From assembly GCA_964558895.1 (NCBI GenBank), contig CAZLFU010000003.1, positions 1-34,828 on the forward strand: 34,828 nucleotides of DNA. The letters run 5' to 3'. The DNA is from an uncultured Candidatus Peribacteria bacterium. GTDB taxonomy: Bacteria > Patescibacteriota > Gracilibacteria > Peribacterales > Peribacteraceae. The notes below the pieces were generated by a model. That model was not told the DNA's origin. It worked only from the letters and a program-made list of their open reading frames with translations, and ran no database searches. The translations under genes and the position numbers were made by a program. Shown piece by piece: positions 24,266 to 33,160 of this stretch; the first letter of the stretch is position 1; the number at the start of each line of letters is the position of its first letter.

Positions 24266-26740
24266 TTATTCAAATCCACGAGGGCACATCTGGGAAGGAA
24301 GGCGAACGTTGGAAATTCCAGAGAGGATCGTATTTGCATTTTCGATGAGTTCGGCCAGCGTCCTACCAGGGTAGAGAAGATAATTTGCATAGAGTTCTGT
24401 GCCAATTTTTGTGGCAATCCCCTGCGATAGCTTTTGTGTATTGAAGGCAGGTTCTGCGTACTCAACTTGTTGGTCGAGTAGGCTTTGTGCGGTTGCAATA
24501 TCGAGCCCCTTTGGCGCATCAAACGCGCGCGAGTTTTCGAATGCACAAAGCACTGGTGGTGTTTTAGCAGGCAAGCCATTTGTCTGACAAATTGCGAGAT
24601 CCATTTGTTCCATAAGCCATTTAGGAGTGTACGGTGGAAATCGTGTAGATGGTCGCCTTGGTATTGTGAGAATTTCTCCAATGACGGGGTCTGGTTTGAC
24701 ATCTGAATCTTTTTCGAAAGATTGATCTTGAGAAACGATTGCCATTCTGCCGGGGATAATTCTTTCGTGTTCTATGGATTGCTCTATACATTGCCCTATG
24801 TAGCACAGGTTATTTCCAATCGTGTTTTCGTACGTAGCCTGACATTCGGGAGAGCAGATCATAGGGAGTGAATTGATCATTTTTTTCGCGCGCCCATCCA
24901 TATTGTTGATAGCGTCTTCGCAGGAGAGATTTACGCCCAACTCATTCGCGTACGTTTCTGTAAACTGGAAGATCATTGCGTTGATTGTATTCAACTCATC
25001 CACAGAAACTGAGGGTGTGCAAATCATCGATGTTATATTTCCTACACGATCTGTTGGTGCACATGAATTATTTGAAAGAATGCTGCTGCATACTTCGATA
25101 TCTATGCCTAATGTAGGGAGGACACCATCTTCTGCTAGTGCAGCACACTGCGCATGATATGCCTCTCGCTCGTTGGCACAACACTGTTCTGTACCAGTGA
25201 ACATCGTATCAAATGTGTTCTGACCGGGTGGTTGACCACACAATTGCTGTGCGTGAACCAATTCATGAATGAGAACATAATCTGCAAATCCCGCTTCTCC
25301 TAATTCGTTAGGAATACATATTTCTATGACTCCATTATCATTTTTCGGGTTTGTTATCGCAAGCCGCGTTCCCCTTCCACAATTATCCGCACAGTAAATG
25401 TCTACTGCACAGTTGCTACATTCATTTGGCTCAATAGCAGGACTTCCATCAGAGCCATCTTGCTTTTCTGGTGTGTCAGGAACTGTTGAGATGTACGGAT
25501 CAGTTCTCCATCCTCCAATTTCACATATGTCTGTTCCAAATGTTGTATCTGCAACGTAGGAATCGAATAATTGAGGTTCGCAGGATGTGAGTGTTATGGT
25601 GTTTGGCTCGTCATCACTACTTGAACCTCCTCCTATATCAGTACTTTCTCTGCAATCAGAAGAGCGGATAGACCTACAAAGATATCCTCTTTGTCCAAAG
25701 AAATGTGAGCATATACCTTCATTGAGACCAGGTTCTGGTGGTGGATCTGGGTATTTTCCACCAAGAATTGCACCATTCACACACTCTGGTGGCGCGGCGC
25801 TTGAGTTGGAACAATCTAAGGAGGGCAACACTGGTTCTAGTGGCAGACCCCATTGTAGGCCTACATCTTTTTGACTTGCCCACACACTCACATTGAGATC
25901 TGGAAAAGTATAAATTGGGAATATGACATGTTCATTGCGAGTAAGTGGTGGATCGAATGTCATTTGTTGAATTTCTTGTAGTATAGCTTCGAGTGCATTT
26001 TCTACGTCGCACCATCGCATGCGCAGTGTTTGTAGTTCTGTTCCGTCGCCCAGGCTGTTACTAGGGTCACAAGCACCATTGTAATATAGTATCGATTCAA
26101 ATCCGTGACGGTAACGCCACACAGCTGCCGTAAACTCTTCGCCATCATTAAGAGTGTCATTATTTTGAAGCCCTCGAAGGCTCGCACGTAGGTCAGCTAG
26201 TGGACCACTACCATTTGTAACGGTATCAGGAAATGAAGCGCCTCTTAGTTGGGTTTCTATAATTGGGCTTTGAAGTTTATCCGTGTCGGATTGCCATATC
26301 TTGATAATACTTGGCATGCGAGTTGCTACATTTATTTTTCTGCCAGGATATCCATCAATTCCCAATTCGTAACTACTGGCAATTATTTGTAGATCTCTTC
26401 CGAGAGCACGTATCCAATTTGTGCCATTTGCTATAGATGTGATTTCGCTTGTCAGAGCATCGCAATCATTCCATGTGAGAGGATATGGGTCGTATGATTT
26501 TCCCGCGCAGAGACTGTTTACATCTTGTCGTACTGCCCTATTAACATCTTCCTCTACTACTTTCCATTTTGCGGGCATAGCATTTTTTACAAATCGTTTT
26601 ACCACCGGCTCAACTTTTGAATTGGTGTAGTATTCTTGAAGTGTAATTTTTTGCATACGCTCGTAGAGTGAGTCGTCATTTGCTATGACGCTGTGAGGTG
26701 CAACAAGAAGAAGGCCGATAATTATGGTTGAGGATCGCAT
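24266..26740 (-). CDS. Secreted cysteine-rich protein with HExxH zincin motif (824 aa)
   Basis: Signal peptide MRSSTIIIGLLLVAPHSVIAND. The motif YVLIHELVHAQQLCG lies at 25253-25267. Many Cys residues. Confidence 0.75.
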   Translation of the reverse strand: MRSSTIIIGLLLVAPHSVIANDDSLYERMQKITLQEYYTNSKVEPVVKRFVKNAMPAKWKVVEEDVNRAVRQDVNSLCAGKSYDPYPLTWNDCDALTSEITSIANGTNWIRALGRDLQIIASSYELGIDGYPGRKINVATRMPSIIKIWQSDTDKLQSPIIETQLRGASFPDTVTNGSGPLADLRASLRGLQNNDTLNDGEEFTAAVWRYRHGFESILYYNGACDPSNSLGDGTELQTLRMRWCDVENALEAILQEIQQMTFDPPLTRNEHVIFPIYTFPDLNVSVWASQKDVGLQWGLPLEPVLPSLDCSNSSAAPPECVNGAILGGKYPDPPPEPGLNEGICSHFFGQRGYLCRSIRSSDCRESTDIGGGSSSDDEPNTITLTSCEPQLFDSYVADTTFGTDICEIGGWRTDPYISTVPDTPEKQDGSDGSPAIEPNECSNCAVDIYCADNCGRGTRLAITNPKNDNGVIEICIPNELGEAGFADYVLIHELVHAQQLCGQPPGQNTFDTMFTGTEQCCANEREAYHAQCAALAEDGVLPTLGIDIEVCSSILSNNSCAPTDRVGNITSMICTPSVSVDELNTINAMIFQFTETYANELGVNLSCEDAINNMDGRAKKMINSLPMICSPECQATYENTIGNNLCYIGQCIEQSIEHERIIPGRMAIVSQDQSFEKDSDVKPDPVIGEILTIPRRPSTRFPPYTPKWLMEQMDLAICQTNGLPAKTPPVLCAFENSRAFDAPKGLDIATAQSLLDQQVEYAEPAFNTQKLSQGIATKIGTELYANYLLYPGRTLAELIENANTILSGISNVRLPSQMCPRGFE

Positions 26741-27558
26741 CTGAGGGGGTCGTCACAAATATCGCGTAGTGAATCTTTTGCATTCCAAATACGTGGAAGG
26801 CAACTACTTGTTTCTGCAGCAATGGCGAATGCGTTACGGAAATCAAGAGAGGCTCGTTGCATACATTGCAGCTCTTTATCCAGGGTAAGCAATCGGTTAA
26901 AGCCTCCTACAAACTCTAGGACTCTATTGGCTATTGCTCTGGCAGTTAGTAATTCTCTATCAATTTTTTCCTGCTGATCTGCCGTTTCCTTTGTTATTTT
27001 TTCTAGAATAATGGGAGTCAAGCCAGCACCAAAAATAATATCGCTCCACTGGAATTCTTCTCTGGTCACGTCAATTGCAAGACTGTATCCACGTTCTCGC
27101 AGAACACATTCGTATGCATTTACATATTCAAGTATCACAGCTCCAAAATCGTCTTCGCTCAGACGTGCAAAATCCGTCGGATTTTTCCATGGTGGGAGAT
27201 TGCTTGCTACGAAAGATAATGTCGATCCTGGTGGAGAAAAATTCGCCAAGGTATCTGCAGTGCAATTTGGCGCCGTTTCATTGTTGATATCTTTCATATG
27301 GTGAGACACCATGTCGTTCATCGTGCTGTGATATTTACTTTGCCAAATATCTATAGGATCTTGTTTGGTATCTGGATCATTTCCAAATTCTGCAAGTGTA
27401 TACCCAAAGAGTGTTTGATATTCCGAGAGTGAACATGGTTCCAAGATTGGATAGGTAGATTGCGCACTCGTAGGTGGTATCCATTGAGTTTCTATGAACA
27501 AAATACCAATGACGAAGAATAGTGTTGAGAAAGCCTTTTGTGGCAACTGAACAATCAT
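26722..27558 (-). CDS. Secreted hypothetical protein (278 aa)
   Basis: N-terminal hydrophobic segment AFSTLFFVIGILFIETQ. The C-terminus is Cys-rich (CLPRIW...ICDDPLRCDP). It overlaps the next gene by 19 nt. Confidence 0.65.
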   Translation of the reverse strand: MIVQLPQKAFSTLFFVIGILFIETQWIPPTSAQSTYPILEPCSLSEYQTLFGYTLAEFGNDPDTKQDPIDIWQSKYHSTMNDMVSHHMKDINNETAPNCTADTLANFSPPGSTLSFVASNLPPWKNPTDFARLSEDDFGAVILEYVNAYECVLRERGYSLAIDVTREEFQWSDIIFGAGLTPIILEKITKETADQQEKIDRELLTARAIANRVLEFVGGFNRLLTLDKELQCMQRASLDFRNAFAIAAETSSCLPRIWNAKDSLRDICDDPLRCDPQP

Positions 27559-27561
27559 GAT

Positions 27562-28386
27562 CTAAGGGTTTTGAGTAGAATCTTGAATTGGCTCATCGCA
27601 AGATGCGATGAAACAAGGAATACGCCCCAGCGCACCTATTACCCGTGCTCCTGTGCGCAGAGTGCCTGTTACCGTCCACTGAAACTCTTCTAAGAAGAGA
27701 TCAAAATTACCAGCAAATTGTAAGAGGGTTCTGTATGCAGCATCGTACTCTGTAACCATCCGGAGCTGGTCTGCTTCTTGTTCCAGTAAATTATTTGTTA
27801 TGTCTTCGCAGTAACGAAATATTCCGGCCATTTGAGATGTATCTTGTGCATTGGCCAATTGGCACTGTGGAATGCTTGGGATATTTGCAAGGGGCATACA
27901 ACCTGCAGCTGCTAGATTGAATAGCTGGGGGTTGGCAGATCCAATTTGCAAAGACTTTTCTACCAATTGACAGATGCTTGCAGTATTACACTGCAAAGCA
28001 TGCATATTAGAAGTCATATAGGGGATAAGTTCTGATGTGAGCACCCTCTTTGTATTAAGTATGCCTCTTCGGGCCGAGAGCTCGGACTGTTGATCCATCA
28101 GCGTATTTGACCATTCGGTTCCTTCATATCCTTCTGCTCTGGAACGCCATGCAGTCTTGGAAACCTTATACCAAGCATTCCCTTCTTTGTCGTAGTACAC
28201 AGAGCCGATATTGGCATCTTCTGCAGATTGATGCCCTAACAAAACAGAACGATACAAGCGTTGCTCTTTCCACAGGCGCAAGTGGACTTCGTTTCTGCAT
28301 TCATCTGCTCCAACAGAAATTTGCGCCAGAGATGCCACTGGGCAGAGCAGAGTAGTGAGGCCGAGTATGATTGATAATAGTTTCAT
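27562..28386 (-). CDS. Secreted hypothetical protein (274 aa)
   Basis: The ATG at 28386 gives the signal peptide MKLLSIILGLTTLLCPVASLAQ. It lies 10 nt after the upstream stop and ends 3 nt before the next start. Confidence 0.65.
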   Translation of the reverse strand: MKLLSIILGLTTLLCPVASLAQISVGADECRNEVHLRLWKEQRLYRSVLLGHQSAEDANIGSVYYDKEGNAWYKVSKTAWRSRAEGYEGTEWSNTLMDQQSELSARRGILNTKRVLTSELIPYMTSNMHALQCNTASICQLVEKSLQIGSANPQLFNLAAAGCMPLANIPSIPQCQLANAQDTSQMAGIFRYCEDITNNLLEQEADQLRMVTEYDAAYRTLLQFAGNFDLFLEEFQWTVTGTLRTGARVIGALGRIPCFIASCDEPIQDSTQNP

Positions 28387-28396
28387 AGACGTACGT

Positions 28397-31300
28397 TTAT
28401 GGGGGACAAGAACCACAATCATCAACACAGTTTACACATGTTTCGCCTTGGTCGCAGGCCAAGTCACCACAGAATGGTGGAGGGGAGACAAGATTAATTG
28501 AATTACTATTTAAGGTGGTGCTTGTTGTGCCCTCTGTCTCTTCTGGTACAGAAAATGAAGGAGTAATATCCGAGCGGGTGGATGCATAGGGGAAGAGCTG
28601 TTCGGGGGGGACGCCTACTTGCAATAAAGTTTCGTTAAAAATACACGAGCGTAACTGATCAATCAGTGTTCCACGGTCCTGTACAGAGAAGGTTGCAGTA
28701 AAACCACAGACAGGCTCTGCATTGTCGCTATCCGGAGGTGTTGGCCCTTTGAGTTTCCAACTCAATTGAGGGAAGGTTCGAGTTGGTTGCGTGCTCTGGC
28801 ATACAAAATCTGTTGGATCACAATGTGGTCCGTATCCCACTTCAGCTGGATTTGGCAGGGGCTCTTCTGCTTTGTTGAGAACATCTTCTTCGAGTTGTAC
28901 GCCTGGCCTTGCCCCAAGTCGCATAAGTCTCTGGATAATATCCATCTCTGAGTGCACACAAGTTTGACTATTTTTTGCATAACAATCTTCTTCTCCCTCT
29001 GGCTTTACACAGTAGTATCCAGCAGATCCAGACAGACATGAAGGTTTCATAAAGCTCCACCAGAATTTTCTATACACAGCATTCATTCCGCGAATCATTT
29101 GTTTCATACTTGCAATTTCGGTCGAAGCAAAAGTTATAGTTCCCTCCAAATTGGGTATTGAGAAAGAGCCAATAGTTTTTGGAGGTGTGCCCAAGGAAAA
29201 AATTGGTGCATTTTCTGTAATTACTTCTGCAATACTTGGATTCTGCAAATCTATGGAAGGCAGATCTGGAAGAATTGGTTGTGTACCAGTAAGTAGAGAG
29301 GAGCCCTTCGCAGTGTCTGCTGGTGGGGTAAATTTGGAGAAATCCATTCGTACTTGGATAGGCTTTAATACAGGTAGTTTTAGTACTTTTGTAGATTGCT
29401 CCAGGCCTGTTAAATCAAAGAGAGCATCTGGTGATGGGAAAATAGTTAGCTCTGGCATTAAGAATGGCCCCGAGGGGAAACCGGTTGCATCATTGAAAAT
29501 AGTAGAGATTGGATTATCGTCCAACAAAGGACGACCATACATCCAAGGATCTAAAAGAGAATACATAGGTAGTGTGTATCTATCATTTCTACACCAGGGC
29601 ATACTATAGTCGGTTGCATGACGATACGTACTTCCAATACTTCTCCACTCGCTGGAGAGCGTCTGTAATTGATCAAGTTGGTAGAGATAATCAGTATAGA
29701 CAGTTGCATTTTCCTCGAGCCATTTTGTTATTTCCGTCACAATCTGCGATTGGTGTATTACTATCGATTGTATATATTTGGATAACTCTGAGCGCGTGCT
29801 ACGCACGTAGTCCATTTGATCTGCATAGGCATCCAGTTTTGTGATGAGATCATCTGCACCGGTTGTATTGCAATCATTTGTATGGGTGCATATCTCGAGC
29901 CATCTTTTCCACCCGTCAGAAATTACGCGCAGTTCGGTTGCAGATCCCAATGGGACAACAATTGGTACTGGTTCTTCTATCACTTCTATAAGTGAAGTAC
30001 GTTTGACATAGTCTGCAATTTGGCCAAGTAAGTCTTCTCTCGATTCAATTTGCACTTCGATAGCCTGCTCTCTTTTTTCTGGGCTATATCCTGGTGGTGG
30101 ATTTACTGCGGGAATATCTGGTGAAAACAGTGGGTCATTTTTATCTAACCCGATTGACCATAAAGCTGGTAAAAGTAGGCGAATTCTCGGTGGAGTAAAT
30201 AATCTATGTGCATATGTTTGTTGTCTTTGCCACCATCGTACAAGCGATCGGATGCCTGTATCATCAAAGGATCGAATAAGTGATCCTGATGATAGTGGAT
30301 GATCTACATCAAATGGTATTGTTGCTTTATTGCGTGCCTCGTCCGGTGCAAGGAGAGCGTAAGTCAGGTCGCTATCAAAATTGTCGTCAATAAACTGGTC
30401 ATTGACCAGTGATACGCCATTTCCAAGATTTGGAAACCACATGTCTGTATCTTCATCGAAATCCGGATTTCGTGGATCTTCTACAAACGGAGGATCTACC
30501 CAACTGGAATTTTGACCGTATTCCCCTTTATATTTTTGAGTATCGGGTGCGTCTTTAAACGAGATATCGTCGTAATACACAGCGATGACACAATGTTTCC
30601 AACTTCCAAACACACGAGTCACTTTTGGGTCATATTCCTGGTACATGCCGTAGCAGGCAACAGGGATATCCGTTCTATCAAATGTTTCATCTGTACTATC
30701 TGGTAGCCTGTCTCTGCGGTAATTTCCTAGATATCGCCTAAAGTATGAAATATATGTTCTAGCGCCAAAACCACTAGCGTTGACCACTGTACCTTCGTAT
30801 ACGGGCTTTGATGAACGAACTCTGAAATTAGGGTCAGTGTTGTATTGGCTTCTGCAATTATCCCCCTGGCACACAATGCAGTTTTTCCACTCACTACGAA
30901 CATTTTGATCGGTACAGCAGTAATGCGCTCCTAGATTATTCCAGTCAGACCTACTAGGGTCTGTATTTGGTTCATCTAATTTTGCATTAAGCTCTTCATC
31001 CAAGATTTTTTTATCAGGATAAAATACTCTTCCGTCTACTGGTGCTTGCAATTGCCCACATGTGCCCTTCCAATATTCAAACTGAGGAGGATCTTTTGGT
31101 ACCCATCTTCCTGTAGAAGTTCCTCGGATAATTTCTGGTTCTAAAATTTCTCTTTCGAGTAACCAGTACTGCCATAGATCATTCAAGTCATCACAAAGAC
31201 CACCATACGTATCACCAGGGTTATTTGTTCTCCCTGTTTGGGTTCCGAAAATAACAGTGCCACCATCCCCATCCCCATCTCCCCCAGAGCCATCTCCACT

Positions 31301-31885
31301 ATCAAGTCCATCATCTCCTCCCGTGTCTGCCCCTGGTGGATTTGGATATCTAATTAATTGATCTCCCCCACAAGAATAAATAATTCCATCCTCGTTTGCG
31401 TATGGAAAGTTGGGGTCACCTGGTTTGATATCTCCAAATGGCCTTTGGCATGCATGTCGATCAAAAAAAGGGGGAAGATGTCTTGAATCTGCACCAGCCC
31501 ATGGGTTGGGGGTAGCGGGTCTGCATGCTGTTGTGAAACCCCACGCATCGGTTGGGTAATCTAAATTTTGTGCTTGTTCGAGCATGCCTGTATCAGTGGT
31601 TGTTTCCGAGATGATATCGCCTTCTATTTGTCTTCCAGGGACACCCCATATTTCATCTACTATGAGTCCATCTAGACTCGTCTCCCAATCCCACCCTCCA
31701 CATTCTGCTTGTGCAAGATCATCTTCTATTTGTGTCAGCAGTTGCTCTGCTTCGTCAAAACTTGATGGTCGTGTAGAAATGGTCAATGCATCACTGCGAA
31801 AGGGAAGCAGCAATATTGTTGCCAAAAGCACAATACTCAGACCGATGGAATGGACAGCTTTGCGCTGAAGATACACGGTGCTCAT
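28397..31885 (-). CDS. Giant secreted hypothetical protein (1162 aa) with Gly/Asp tract and C-terminal Cys-rich module
   Basis: The ATG at 31885 gives MSTVYLQRKAVHSIGLSIVLLATILLLPFRSDA. A GGDDGLDSGDGSGGDGDGDGG tract lies at about 31261-31330. The protein ends CGDLACDQGETCVNCVDDCGSCPP. Confidence 0.7.
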   Translation of the reverse strand: MSTVYLQRKAVHSIGLSIVLLATILLLPFRSDALTISTRPSSFDEAEQLLTQIEDDLAQAECGGWDWETSLDGLIVDEIWGVPGRQIEGDIISETTTDTGMLEQAQNLDYPTDAWGFTTACRPATPNPWAGADSRHLPPFFDRHACQRPFGDIKPGDPNFPYANEDGIIYSCGGDQLIRYPNPPGADTGGDDGLDSGDGSGGDGDGDGGTVIFGTQTGRTNNPGDTYGGLCDDLNDLWQYWLLEREILEPEIIRGTSTGRWVPKDPPQFEYWKGTCGQLQAPVDGRVFYPDKKILDEELNAKLDEPNTDPSRSDWNNLGAHYCCTDQNVRSEWKNCIVCQGDNCRSQYNTDPNFRVRSSKPVYEGTVVNASGFGARTYISYFRRYLGNYRRDRLPDSTDETFDRTDIPVACYGMYQEYDPKVTRVFGSWKHCVIAVYYDDISFKDAPDTQKYKGEYGQNSSWVDPPFVEDPRNPDFDEDTDMWFPNLGNGVSLVNDQFIDDNFDSDLTYALLAPDEARNKATIPFDVDHPLSSGSLIRSFDDTGIRSLVRWWQRQQTYAHRLFTPPRIRLLLPALWSIGLDKNDPLFSPDIPAVNPPPGYSPEKREQAIEVQIESREDLLGQIADYVKRTSLIEVIEEPVPIVVPLGSATELRVISDGWKRWLEICTHTNDCNTTGADDLITKLDAYADQMDYVRSTRSELSKYIQSIVIHQSQIVTEITKWLEENATVYTDYLYQLDQLQTLSSEWRSIGSTYRHATDYSMPWCRNDRYTLPMYSLLDPWMYGRPLLDDNPISTIFNDATGFPSGPFLMPELTIFPSPDALFDLTGLEQSTKVLKLPVLKPIQVRMDFSKFTPPADTAKGSSLLTGTQPILPDLPSIDLQNPSIAEVITENAPIFSLGTPPKTIGSFSIPNLEGTITFASTEIASMKQMIRGMNAVYRKFWWSFMKPSCLSGSAGYYCVKPEGEEDCYAKNSQTCVHSEMDIIQRLMRLGARPGVQLEEDVLNKAEEPLPNPAEVGYGPHCDPTDFVCQSTQPTRTFPQLSWKLKGPTPPDSDNAEPVCGFTATFSVQDRGTLIDQLRSCIFNETLLQVGVPPEQLFPYASTRSDITPSFSVPEETEGTTSTTLNSNSINLVSPPPFCGDLACDQGETCVNCVDDCGSCPP

Positions 31886-32159
31886 AAGGGTCTGCACTAT
31901 GGTACTGATACCCGTGCACTTGCGTTTGCAACAGGTGTTGACGTTATTTTTTTCAGATTTCTGATCATCAATTTTTTCTTCAAAACAGCAAATACAATTC
32001 TGACAAGTGTATTCGCTTGATCGATCGAGGAAGACAGGTGTACAACTGTACACGCTTCATCTGATATTTAGGTTCATTCATTGTTCTTTTGTGTAGATGG
32101 AGTCGGCAATCTATTGCTCCCGTCAGTGGCATCCTTTACTTCTATTACCTTTTTGTAGC

Positions 32160-33041
32160 ATGTATACCTACAATCGAGTAAACATCATCGGCTATCAGAC
32201 TCAACCAGTTGAGGTACGTCAGACTCCTAATGGGACGAGTGTGACGGATTTAAATGTGGTTGTTCCGCATTCATTTAAAAGTGAAAGTGGCACCATGCAG
32301 ACTGGTAAAAGTTTTCATACAGTAACACTCTGGGGCTCCATGGCAGATGTTGCTGGCCAGTACATTCGTGCAGGAGGACAGGTTTTTATTTCTGGTCGCT
32401 TGCAGACAGATAGCTGGAAGGATGAACAATCCGGCGAAGCGAGAAGTAAAACAAAGATCGTTGGTTTGGATATGATTCTTCTAGATCCCAAAGATGGACA
32501 GATGCCACAGCCAGAAGGTGCCATTTCTATTACGCAGCCTCTCAATAGAGCAGATGTAGTAGGAAATGTGAGCCGAGATCCAGAACTTCGCACTACTACA
32601 AGTGGTCAACAGGTTCTTACTCTTGGAGTAGCAACCAGTGATCGTTGGAAGGACAAAGCAAGTAACGAAGATCGTGAACGAACAGAATTTCACAATGTAG
32701 TTATTTGGGGCGAACTTGCACAGGAAGTAAGTCGTTTCATCAAAAAAGGAAATCGTGTCTTTGTAAGCGGCCGTGTGCAAACTCGCAGTTGGGAAACACA
32801 GGATGGTGCCAAGAGGTACACGACAGAAATTATCGCAGAACAGGTTTCTCTTCTTGGTGTGAAAAACACGGTAGCATTGGAATCGGTAGATGCGAGTGCG
32901 GCTATGTCTGTACCTGCCCCTTCTGCTCCACCTGCGTATGTGCAACAAGGCAGACAGTCCACCGAGCCAGATCCTGTGGCTGTTGGAGTGCCAGATGTGC
33001 AGTACACATCAGAAATTAAAGCTGAAGATCTTCCTTTTTAA
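32160..33041 (+). CDS. ssb: Single-stranded DNA-binding protein with two tandem OB folds
   Basis: 293 aa from MYTYNRVNIIGY. It has two SSB-like halves (NRVNIIGYQTQPVEVR...FISGRLQTDSW and NRADVVGNVSRDPELR...FVSGRVQTRSW), then a Pro/Ala linker and a C-terminal EDLPF tip. Confidence 0.85.
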   Translation: MYTYNRVNIIGYQTQPVEVRQTPNGTSVTDLNVVVPHSFKSESGTMQTGKSFHTVTLWGSMADVAGQYIRAGGQVFISGRLQTDSWKDEQSGEARSKTKIVGLDMILLDPKDGQMPQPEGAISITQPLNRADVVGNVSRDPELRTTTSGQQVLTLGVATSDRWKDKASNEDRERTEFHNVVIWGELAQEVSRFIKKGNRVFVSGRVQTRSWETQDGAKRYTTEIIAEQVSLLGVKNTVALESVDASAAMSVPAPSAPPAYVQQGRQSTEPDPVAVGVPDVQYTSEIKAEDLPF

Positions 33042-33060
33042 TCTCTAGAATAGAGAGAAG

Positions 33061-33087
33061 GCGGGGCAGCAATGCTCCGCTTTTTTT
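33061..33087 (+). terminator. Rho-independent terminator after ssb
   Basis: The stem gcggggc/gctccgc (7 bp including one G-T pair) has a 6-nt loop and is followed by TTTTTTT. Confidence 0.7.
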
Positions 33088-33160
33088 ATCCTTCTCAGGC
33101 GGATTTCGCATACAGGGCTCCAGACAAACTAGAGAGCAGTCTGATTCTTGAGTAGGTGCT

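Noticed and set aside
24265-24702. N-terminal 146 codons of the 650-aa track ORF (22750-24702)
   Set aside because: This part overlaps the 3' end of the 824-aa gene in another frame and has a basic nonsense composition. The ATG at 24264 exposes a clean signal peptide 1 nt after the upstream stop.
31886-32053. GTG-initiated 56-codon extension of the giant secreted protein (MYSCTPVFLD...CCKRKC)
   Set aside because: An internal ATG at 31885 immediately precedes a typical signal peptide. The extension would bury that signal peptide and is Cys-rich junk-like. I cannot fully exclude it.
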